From assembly GCF_004010195.1 (NCBI RefSeq), contig NC_057752.1, positions 9,806,862 to 9,870,861 on the forward strand: 64,000 nt of DNA, read 5' to 3'. Numbering within the stretch: the first letter of the stretch is position 1; every line of letters starts with the position of its first letter. The notes under the pieces were generated by a model that saw nothing but the letters and a program-made list of their open reading frames with translations, was not told the DNA's origin and did no database searches. The DNA comes from Chiloscyllium plagiosum. Taxonomy: Eukaryota. Positions 38,153 through 49,557 of this stretch are shown one piece after another. The translations under genes were made by a program, and so were the position numbers.

Positions 38153-38431
38153 CTAAGCAGAAACACAAGTCATTGTCACTGTACAAAAGCTACTTTAAAC
38201 GTTGCAAGAAAATACCTCTTTAAAAACAACAGCCTCAGTAGAAGAAGAAAATAGGATCGTCAAATGTGAAATAAGCACTCAACCAGCATTGGTATATTTC
38301 AAAGAAAAGCAGGCAACCCACTCCAGGAATAAGATTCATACCCATACTGAATTACAAAGCAAAACAAAATGTACATGAAATGGAGCCTTTCCTGCTTTGT
38401 GCATCATCTAGTCTCTCCGCCTTTCTAAATA

Positions 38432-39015
38432 CAGAGGAACCTCAATTATCCGAATATCGATTATCCGAAGGAGAGCTCGAGGTCCCGATAGAAACATTAC
38501 ATTTCCAAAACTGACCATGTCTTTTGATTATAATGATTAAACAGGCACCGTCTCCAAATGACTGACTTCCTGCCCTCTTTCTCTCCCTCCACACTTTCTC
38601 TGGAGTTCTGCAGAGGGGAGTACCCTAAAGCCATACCTTTCCCAGCTAATCTCTCCAACATTGTCCTGTACATGATAAAGGTGGATTTGTGTGCGTGTTT
38701 GTTTGTTTTATTTGGAGACTTACTCCACAAAAGGTGGCAGCAGTCTTGTTGTTGATGTCCAGTTGAGTTGCCCCGGAGAGAGGGGGGTTGGGCAGTGGAC
38801 AGTGTTGGATAGGGTTGGGGTCAAGCGGGGGGCCAGTGTTGGACCGGTGACAGGGGGAGCAGGGGCTCGCGCACAGTGTATTGCTGCCTCGTCTCCTGGA
38901 CAGGGTGCAGACTTTAAAAACTCCAAGCCCCAGAGGAAAGGCATTTATTCGGTTAATCGATTGTCCCAACGAAATAGTGCTCGTCCATCTCGTTTGGATT
39001 ATAGAGGTTCCTTTG
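38432..39015. mobile_element. Tc1/mariner-superfamily (Tigger/pogo-like) MITE
   Basis: Imperfect ~23-bp TIRs cagaggaacctcaattatccgaa / tttggattatagaggttcctttg, flanked by TA on both sides. Confidence 0.8.
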
Positions 39016-39246
39016 TATTATATGATTGACCCAGGCCAAAGCACAGGGAGACAATCGTTGAGTAAACGGGTACATTAAAGAGGGAGGGATACTAAAAATG
39101 CTGTTACAGGGTAGCTTTATTGATTATTTCTGATAGCACTAAGGGGGACAAAATTAGCCATGCCTGTAATAAGCCTTAACAAGGTCACAGTTTCAGAACA
39201 GGACCTTCATTCCAGACTCATCTTGCTAGAAAGTCACCCAAGGTCA

Positions 39247-39453
<207 letters not shown>

Positions 39454-39993
39454 TCAGGAACGTTCTAGTTACATCAATCTTTCTAATTTTCCAGTGAATT
39501 AACGGCTTAGTTTTTTTAAAAAAAAGACTGAAAGTCTGGATAAGGCACTGGCTGCAAATATGGATTTAATCTAGTTTATAGGGGCTGCTTAGCAGAAAAC
39601 ACTTGCTTCACATTCTTGGTCTCCAACCCTTCACCAGAAACCAAACTGAAAATAAAGTACGTAATGTTGCTTCTCAGTGGCCAATTAGAGAGCTGACAGA
39701 AGCTGACTCTCTTCCCTGGCAACCTCTTGATCTTCACTCAAGAGTCCATCTGGTTAACAAGATCACAAACTCAATATTAGGAAATTGTAACAGAAAACCC
39801 AAGTGCCTGCTATCCATTCTATAATGATAGGAATAAAAACAATCCAGACTTTTAACATAGGCTATTGTGAAACTAATACTTGTGTGGTATCAAACTATTA
39901 TCAGATCATGTATAAAATGTATTAAAGACAGATATCTCAACTCTCCAGAAAACAAAGATTTTCATGTTTACACTGAAAGAAAAATGTACTCAC

Positions 39994-40071
39994 TTTCCGT
40001 GCTTTCTTTTCACTTCTGCTCTGTTTTGCTTTACTGACTGGTTCTTCATCTATTTCAGCTGCAGCTGCAAG
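39994..40071 (-). CDS. NACA: NACA exon ([26 protein letters not shown])
   Basis: 78 nt, ag/gtgagt boundaries. Confidence 0.97.
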
Positions 40072-41169
40072 CTTTGAAATGAAGGAAAAAAAATTACTTT
40101 GTAGCCACATTATGAAGAAAGACCCCTCTCAAGACAAACTCCACTGAAAGCATACCCATTTCTATTAATCATACAGCACAAAGATAGCTCAGTTGCTGTA
40201 GTTGGTGCATTTGTTCATACAGCATACAAACCAGGCTTGACTCAGGCTGAGGTGGCACCTCATTTAAAGCGGCAAGAAGAAAGAACACAAAAATTCCCAT
40301 CCCTTGATATCTTCTAGTACCAGAAAACGCGCAGCAACAGGGTGACATTGCTGCTCTTGCTACCAATCAAAACATATGCAGCATAATTCTCCCCATGCAA
40401 GCAGTTACAATAGAGTTTCACAAAAATGCAAAACCCACTTATTGTTTGGGTCTTAAAGTGTCAACACAGCTAACTATAGTTTTTACATGGTGCTCAGTCA
40501 ATGCTCTAAATGTTGACAAATAAAAAAGGTGTTTGTAAGAACCAGCAATTGAGGAAGCTTTCCTGTTTTTGAGAGGACTTGCAAACAGAAAACTAAGCTA
40601 GTCTCAAGGAAGGATGGCTCTTTCTTCAATGCTCAAAAATTTACAAAAATATCATTCCTTCCGTTTCTGAAAATCTAATCAAAATTTTGGAGTGTGATCA
40701 ATTTCGTGGACAGAGATTCAGACCGAAGATTCAATAAACAGATGAGAGCGAGCTTGGAGACTTAACTATATTGCAGTTCTGCGCGCGACTTGTGCTCAAA
40801 ATTCTTCTAAGTCACAATTTATTGACATCCAAATCTAAGATGCGTTTAGGCACAAAGGCAGAGGAAGCTCCAAGCTACAAAGACTTGCCAGCTGAGTACA
40901 GCCAATACTGATGACACCCTTCGCACACCACATAACTTTGATAGTTTTATTCCACTCACAAAAGAAAACTTGCACAATGGTCTCAAACAACTTTCAACCT
41001 TTATTTATTCATGAAAATACAAAATAATTTTACAAAGTTGGCATTAGTGCAGAGGTGCATTTAACTACTTCAAACCCTTCCCACAAAAGTGATTCAGCAT
41101 TTAAATACCACCACGTTGCAATTCTTTTTCAAAATACGCAGACCTTTCAGTTACGGCAGCAATATGACA

Positions 41170-41512
41170 TGGTGACACAGTGGTTAGCACTGCTGCCACA
41201 CAGTGTCAGGGTCCTGGGTTCAATTTCAGCATCGGACGACTGTCCGTGTGGAGTTTGCACATTCTCCCCGTGTCTATGTACGTTTCCTCCAGGAGCTCCG
41301 GTTTCCTCCCACAATCCAAAGATATGCAGGTCAGGTGGATTAGCCATGCTAAATTGCCTATATATAGTGTCCAGGCATGTGCAGGCAAGGTGGGATAGCC
41401 ATGGGACATGGACAGTTACAGAGATGGAGTGGGTCTGGGTGGGATGGTTTTTGGAAGGTCGGTGTGGACTCAATGGGCCGAATGGCCTGCTTCTACACTG
41501 TAGGGATTCTAT
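41170..41512 (+). mobile_element. HE1-related SINE
   Basis: HE1 head and core with a gattctatga tail. Confidence 0.85.
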
Positions 41513-41559
41513 GATGACAAGAAAGCAAATAACTGGAGCCAAGTACACAAGAGTGTGAC

Positions 41560-42625
41560 AATATGGCACATGAATGACCTTGTGAACTAAATGGAATTTG
41601 ATGTTCTCAGCATAAACAGGAGTGTGACTTCCAGGATTTAGCCTGGCAGAATAAATTCCATATATTAAAACATGGACAAAAGAACTTGACTCGAGGCAAA
41701 TTAACATTTTCACAATCAAGGGGCCCTCCAAAACTGAAGTCAACAGGAATCAGTGGAAATCTTATTGCAGTCCACACCCACCACAAAAGGGAGATAGATG
41801 CAATCGCCAGAGACCAAACATCCCAGCCTGAGCATTGTTGCAGGAGTTCCTCAGGGTACTGTTCAGAGACTTGACCATCTTCAGATGCTTACATTCAACA
41901 CCAGATCAGAAGTAGAAGAGATGCTCGCTGATGACTGCAGAGTGTTCTATACCATTCATGACAACTCAAGATACTGAATCAATCAGTCATTGTCCATATG
42001 CAGCTAAACCTGAACAACATTGATACTTGGGCCATAAGGGGGGCAAGTAACACATGCAACATGAGCACTAGACAATGATTATCTCCAGCAAGAATAAAAA
42101 TAAAACCAACTAATACCACCTGACATCCAATGATATTACTTTTGCTAAACTTCTCGATGCTCTTGAACCAATCTTCATTCACCATCCACAAAGCACAAGT
42201 CAGGAGTCTAATGCAATATTCTTCACTTGCCTGGAGTACAGCTCTAGCAACAGAAGACACTTGCCTCGGTCAGAACAGTCTACTTGATTGGCAACCACCT
42301 CCAATATACACGATGCATTACAACAGCTCACCCAAGGCTCCATTAATAATATCTTTTCAAATCTACAACTTTTACTGTCGCGAATGGGAAAGGCAGATGC
42401 AGTGCAACATCACACCAGCAAGTTCCCCTCCAAATCAGACACCAGTCTAAGAGTAATATCACCATTCCTCTATTGTCAATACATCAAAAACCTGAAACTC
42501 CCCGGGCAACAGCACCTACACTGGATGAACTGCAGTGGTTCAAGGCAGCAGCTCACCAGCTAAGAGAGTTACTTGGGATGAGCCAATGTCAGTGACACTC
42601 ATGTCCATTGATGGAATAAAAGATA
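41560..42625 (+). mobile_element. Decayed CR1/L2-group LINE 3' fragment
   Basis: GVPQG, MLADD, KAQVRSLMQYS motifs; tail resembles that of the second SINE family. Confidence 0.7.
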
Positions 42626-42893
42626 ATCAAGCTCTCTGTTTGTGGAGTATCATTCAGAGTTAAGAAAGGGCAGATGGCACCCCAATCATATTCCAATATG
42701 AGCTATGTCTTCAGAATACATGGTAAAGTGTGATACAGTGCATGCTTCTGAGGAGAAATATTTTGAAATATACCCAAGCAAAACATTAAAACTGGAAGAG
42801 GAGGGGTCTGTAGATAGGATTCTTTACTGTGAAGACATTTGCCTTTTGAAACAAGGTTAGAGGGTGTTTATATTCACATATTTGCAGACACAC

Positions 42894-42979
42894 CTGAGCT
42901 TGCTGTGTCGCTGACTGCGTTGTATCCTGTTCCTCCAGTTCTGGTACCGACTCATCGCTGTCCGACTCTGTCCCAGACC
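42894..42979 (-). CDS. NACA: NACA exon ([29 protein letters not shown])
   Basis: 86 nt, phase 1 to 0, ag/gtgtgt boundaries. Confidence 0.97.
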
Positions 42980-44295
42980 CTACAAAATGTCATATATTTA
43001 ATACAGCACTTCGTACATTTTCTACGTTTGTGGCACTTTAGTGACTTTCAAAGAAATTGTGGTACTCGTCTTGAAAGTGAGGAACATCACTTTATCGTAG
43101 TTACCAAACCACGTTTATCAGGCAGCCATGCTAAGGTGAAGAAAAAGTGTGAACTCGTGCATTAAAGCTTTCACCCTGTACAAGAATTTTATTACAAAGG
43201 TGCAACATTAACATTTTGATATTTTTCTACAAATGCCTTAAGCAACAAACCTCAGAACCCAAATGATAACTGTAAAAGAAATAGACCTTTGCAGCATTAC
43301 AGAAACGTTTTACCTTAAATTTGTTGTTGACAAGGGAGAAAGACAGATCTGGATATTACAATGCTCGGTACTGGTTAAGCTTTCACACCATGCAATATAA
43401 GCAATTTAAAACAAAGGTTAGCGTGAATGTTCTTGGTACCAGTCAACACTCCAACTTATACAGGTGCTGTAAATTCTCCATATTTGTACCTGCAATGCTC
43501 ATCCTGTGCACAGAAAATAGGCAAACTTACAAAACAATCTGGATTTAAAAATAAAAGATTACTCCAAAGTTTGCCTCAAGCTTTGGGTATGAAAGATGCT
43601 TACTAATCATTAGATTTTAAAGTACAAGAACCACAATGTACTCCAAATATTCACAGGTTGAGGGAGGCAGGCAAGTTTTAGCATGTGAGACAAGACGTTA
43701 ACACAGATTAGATTAGTGTACTAAGTGTCTATTAACATATTAAAACCAGTGCATTCAAGTGTTAAATCCCACTTGTAAAACAAAACAGCAAATAAACAAA
43801 AGTGGACTCCACGTTTGCATTAGTATGCAAGCTCTAAACACCTAGTGGACAGTTGAAATTTGTACATTATGTAATCAACCTGTACCAAATGGGACAGCAA
43901 TTCCTCAATGAAAATTGATTTCAAACAACAGATGTGATTGATCAATTCAAAGAGGACATGCAACATTCAGTAGTAACAACTTATCTTTCTTCCTTCCACC
44001 ATTTTACAAGATGTTAATGCTAATCATTAAGAAAATATGGACTACACACTTTACATAAAGTACAGATTTCATACCGCATTACCTTCATTTGTACAAGGAC
44101 AGGCTAACTTTAAGTTACCCCATACACACTGGAGGACAGAAGACAAACATCCCCACAAAAATACTCCTCCAGAACAGAGCACCGTACTTAAAAGTTAGCT
44201 GTCCACAAGATGTGAACTTTTATAGGACAAACCTTTACTTCCCAGCTCAAATAGGCAGGACACTACGACATGCACACCTCAACCAAACTAAATAC

Positions 44296-47200
44296 CCTCA
44301 TTATTCTGCTTCACCACAGGCTCCTTTCCAGTTGAAGCAGTCTTGGGAATTGCCTTCTCAATAACAGATGGGGGAGGACCTTCACAGAGGGGAGTCTCGT
44401 CGATGGCAGAAATCAATGGTGGCATCTCATCATCATCAATTTGAGCAGCTGAAGATGATCCAGGTGATGGGGTAGAGTGTTGAACAGAGGCAGATGGAAG
44501 AGTGAAAGATGATGGAAAATCAGTGACAGGTGTTGTAGATTCTGACAAAGAAAGTTCAGTGGACAAAGGTGTTTCATGAAGGGAATGATCAGGAGCAGGC
44601 AAGGGAGGCTGAAGCTGTGCATTAACAGAAGGATCAACAGACAGAAGCAAGTCAGTGCACTGAGCAACTTGGTCAGATGAGGTTAACTGAACGACAAGGG
44701 GTTGTAACTCTGAATTAGACAGGTCAGGAGATTGAAGCAGTTTAAAAGGCGAGACTACAGTCAGTGCCTGATCAAAAGCTGGCATAGGTAGTTTATCAGC
44801 AGAATGTGTTTTGAGGGACACAGAAAAACCATCAATTACAGGGAGAGAGGACAGAGGAGGCTCAGTGGTTGCACTGACAACTGAAGATGGCTCAGTAATG
44901 CATGTAGACATTGCACCTTGAACCTCCGTTGCAAGAGGGGTATCTAAAGGATTGGCCAATAATGTATCTATTGCAACTTCCAGAGAATTAAATGACACCG
45001 ACAGCTCAGTTGTATCAGTGGAGGAAACTGAAGGGACATCTGCTGAAAGTAGCTCACCAGTGGCATGGGAAGCAATGAGATTGGCAGACAACTGTGCAGT
45101 ATCCGTAACATCTGTCACAGTTTGAGCTGAAGACTGTCTAGAGGAAATAACAGTATCAATAGGCAAAGTCAGGGTGGCAGAATTGGAGACAGGTGACAGC
45201 AGACCAGCAGATGACAGCAAATGACTGGCAGAGTCAGTAGATAGTGGCTGGTCAGCAGCTGCATCGGTGTTAGTGGGCAACAGCAACTGATCAGCAGACT
45301 CTAGCAACTGACCAATAGCATCAGTGTCAGTGGGTGGCAAATGACTGGCAACATCAGTTGGCAATGGTGACTGATTGAGAGCATTGAGACATGGAAAATG
45401 ACCACTAACACAGGCAGCATCAGCAGATATTGGCAACTGATTGGCAGTATCAGTGGGCAATGGTGGCTGGCCAGCAGAACTAGTGGGCAACAGTGGCTGG
45501 CGAGCAGCATCGGTGTCGGGGGGTAACTGCAACTGACTGGCAACATCAGCTGACAATGGTGACCGATTGAATTCATCAACATGAGATGTCAACTGATCAG
45601 TAACACTAGCAGGATCAGTGGATGATGGCAACTGATCAACATCAGTATCAGTTGACTGAGCAATAATGTCAGTGGGCAACGATGGTTGGCTAGTAGCACA
45701 GGTGGACAACAATGGCTGGCTAGCAGCATCGCTGTCGGTAGGTGACTGCAAATGACTAGCAACGTCAGTTGACAATGATGATTGACTGAATTCATCAACA
45801 TGAGATGTCAACTGACCAGTAACGCTGGCAGGATCAGTGGATGATGGCAACTGATCAACATCAGCATCAGTTGACTGAGCAATAATGTCAATGGGCAACG
45901 ATGGTTGGCTAGTAGCACAGGTGGACAACAATGGCTGGCGACCAGCATCGCTGTCGGTGGGTGACTGCAAATGACTAACAACGTCAGTTGACAATGATGA
46001 TTGACTGAATTCATCAACATGAGATGTCAACTGACCAGTAACGCTGGCAGGATCAGTGGATGATGGTAAGTGATCAACATCAGCATCAGTTGACTGATCA
46101 ACACCATCAGCGGGCAACGGTGGTTGGCTAGCAGCATCAGTGTCAGTGGGGGACTGCAACTGACTGGCAACATCAGTGGATGATGGCAACTGATCAACAT
46201 CAATATCAGTTGACTGATCAACACCATCAGCGGGCAACGGTGGTTGGCCAGCAGCATTGGTGGGCAACAGTGGCTGGCTAGCAGCATCGCTGTCGGTGGG
46301 TGACTGCAAATGACTGGCAACGTCAGTTGACAATGATGATTGACTGAATTCATCAACATGAGATGTCAACTGACCAGTAACGCTGGCAGGATCAGTGGAT
46401 GATGGTAAGTGACCAACATCAGCATCAGTTGACTGATCAATACCATCAGCGGGCAATGGTGGTTGGCTAGCAGCATCAGTGTCAGTGGGTGACTGCAAAT
46501 GACTGGCAACATCAGTGGATGATGGCAACTGATCAACATCAGTATCAGTTGATTGATCAATGTCAGTGGGCAATGGTGGTTGGCAAGAAGCATTGGTGGG
46601 CAACAGTGGCTGGCTAGCAGCATCGCTGTCAGTGGGTAACTGCAACTGACTGGCAACATCAGTTGACAATGATGATTGACTGAATTCATCAACATGAGAT
46701 GTCAACTGACCAGTAACGCTGGCAGGATCAGTGGATGATGGCAACTGATCAACATCAGCATCAGCATCAGTTGACTGAGCAATAATGTCAGTGGACAACG
46801 ATGGTTGGCTAGTAGCACAGGTGGACAACAATGGCTGGCTAGCAGCATCGCTGTCGGTGGGTGATTGCAAATGACTAACAACGTCAGTTGACGATGATGA
46901 TTGACTGAATTCATCAACATGAGATGTCAACTGACCAGTAACGCTGGTAGGATCAGTAGATGATGGCAACTGATCAACATCAGCATCAGTTGACTGATCA
47001 ATACCATCAGCGGGCAACAGTGGTTGGCTAGCAGCATCGCTGTCAGTGGGTAACTGCAACTGACTGGCAACGTCAGTTGACAATAGTGACTGATGAAATT
47101 CATCAACAAGAAATGTCAACTGACCAGTAACACTAGCAGGATCAGTGGATGATGGCAACTGATCAACATCAGTATCAGTTGACTGATCAATACCATCAGC

Positions 47201-49557
47201 GGGCAACGGTGGTTGGCTAGCAGCATCAGTGTCAGTGGGTGACTGCAAATGACTGGCAACATCAGTGGATGATGGCAACTGATCAACATCAATATCAGTT
47301 GACTGATCAACACCATCAGCGGGCAACGGAGATTGGTCAGCAGCATTGGTGGGCAACAGTGGCTGGCTAGCAGCATCGGTGTCGGTGGGTGACTGCAAAT
47401 GACTGGCAACATCAGTTGACAATGATGATTGACTGAATTCATCAACATGAGATGTCAACTGACCAGTAACGCTGGCAGGATCAATGGATGATGGTAAGTG
47501 ATCAACATCAGCATCAGTTGACTGATCAATACCATCAGCGGGCAACGGTGGTTGGCTAGCAGCATCAGTGTCAGTGGGTGACTGCAAATGACTGGCAGGA
47601 TCAGTGGATGATGGCAACTGATCAACATCAATATCAGTTGACTGATCAACACCATCAGCGGGCAACGGAGATTGGTCAGCAGCATTGGTGGGCAACAGTG
47701 GCTGGCTAGCAGCATCGGTGTCGGTGGGTGACTGCAAATGACTGGCAACGTCAGTGGATGATGGCAACTGATCAACATCAGTATCAGTTGATTGATCAAT
47801 GTCAGTGGGCAATGGTGGTTGGCAAGTAGCATTGGTGGGCAACAGTGGCTGGCTAGCAGCATCGCTGTCAGTGGGTAACTGCAACTGACTGGCAACATCA
47901 GTTGACAATGATGATTGACTGAATTCATCAACATGAGATGTCAACTGACCAGTAACGCTGGCAGGATCAGTGGATGATGGCAACTGATCAACATCAATAT
48001 CAGTTGACTGATCAACAACATCAGCGGGCAACGGAGATTGGTCAGCAGCATTGGTGGGCAACAGTGGCTGGCTAACAGCATCGGTGTCGGTGGGTGACTG
48101 CAAATGACTGGCAACATCAGTGGATGATGGCAACTGATCAACATCAGTGTCAGTTGATTGATCAATGTCAGTGGGCAATGGTGGTTGGCAAGTAGCATTG
48201 GTGGGCAACAGTGGCTGGCTAGCAGCATCGCTGTCAGTGGGTAACTGCAACTGACTGGCAATGTCAGTTGACAATGGTGACTGATTGAATTCATCAACAA
48301 GAGATGTCAACTGACCAGTAACACTAGCAGGATCAGTGGATGATGGCAACTGATCTTCAGTATCAATAGGAGGTGACTGATCAATACAGTCAGTGGGCAA
48401 CGGTGGTTGGCCAGTAGCGTTGGTGGGCAACAGGGACTCTTCACCACCATCAGCAGGTGATGATAACTGACTGGCAGTTGATGGTGATTGAACTAACTCA
48501 TCAACAAGAGACGACAACCCACCAGCAATACTGACAATGTCAGCAACTGACTGCTGCAACTGACTGGCCGCAGTATCAGTGGGAGATGACAATTGATCAA
48601 GAATGCCAATGGTTGATGGTGGCTGGTCAGTAATACCAGTGGATGCTGGCAAATGAGCAGTCATAGCAGCATCAGGGGGTGAAGGCATTCCAACAGTATG
48701 ATCAGGCAAGCACAGCCTATCTAATGTAGCAATACCATCGTTGAGTAAAGATGCAGCTGCAGCAGTTTCAGCCATTTCATCAGCCAAAAGCTCGATAGCT
48801 ATGCCAGAAACAGTGGGGGCAATAACACTGTCACATGGAAACTGTCCAGAGTTGGTAGTAACGGAGTCAGCAGATAAAGACAGTCCATCAGGGGCAACAT
48901 TAGTATTCTTCAGTGAGTCAGGCAAAACAGCAGTTATTTCCAGATCAGTCAAATGTTGAGTTGGAGTGCTAGTGGGCAAGGACAACTGATCAGTGGTGGG
49001 GCCATCAACTGCATCAGTAGGTAAAGGTACACTAGTTACAGCAGAACAGGCTGGCAAAGGAATATCATTGGCAACAGTAACCTGGTCAGATTCAGACAGT
49101 CTAAAATCAGAGCCTACTTCAGTGTTCAGGGGATTAGATACAGTCAACCCAGACAAGGCAACCGAGTTAGTGGGCAAAGTCAACTGATCAACAGTGGCAA
49201 CTGCAACTAGGTCAGTAGATGCATGTAACTCATCAACAGCATCAGTACGTTCAGCAGGTAACAGTGGTTGCTCAGTGGGGAGGCCAGCAGTAAGTGAAGG
49301 CACCTCACTAGAAATTATAGAAATAGGAGAAGATAGAGACAGCTCTAAAGGTGGTTGGACAAGAGACACAGAATCAGACAGTAGGTATGAAGAATCATTG
49401 GTGGTGGTTTGGTGGGATGGAAGCTGGAGATCAACGCCATGCAAGTCAGTAGCAGCTGAAAGCTCCATCTTATTGGCACTGCTGGATTCATATTCAGCCT
49501 GTCTGTACTCACTGGCTGAAGAAACTGATTCATGCTCAGAACAGGTTTCAATGGTAG
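44296..49557 (-). CDS. NACA: skNAC-type giant alternative exon of NACA (5262 nt, 1754 codons)
   Basis: Uninterrupted ORF; acceptor caacag|CT at 49557 and donor GAGG|gtattt at 44296, both phase 1. Same position as the mammalian muscle-specific exon; ends ..DDDEMPPLI..EPVVKQNNEG like skNAC. Confidence 0.9.
45480..48430 (-). repeat. Coding modular tandem repeat inside the giant exon
   Basis: VDEF anchor recurs 10 times with spacings 219, 219, 339, 336, 225, 189, 339, 486 and 366 nt, all multiples of 3. Confidence 0.95.

Noticed and set aside
40265..40365. H/ACA snoRNA candidate (two hairpins with an AGAAGA hinge on minus)
   Set aside because: No ACA box after the second hairpin; still worth an Rfam scan.
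41055..41743. 167-aa and 198-aa overlapping ORFs
   Set aside because: Spurious frames across an HE1-related SINE.
45301..48300. Series of MLMNS...HHC ORFs that look like a tandem gene family
   Set aside because: Alternative-frame shadows of the giant exon repeat; each ends at the same repeat-borne stop.
45480..48430. CRISPR-like array
   Set aside because: Eukaryotic coding repeat with no unique spacers and no cas genes.
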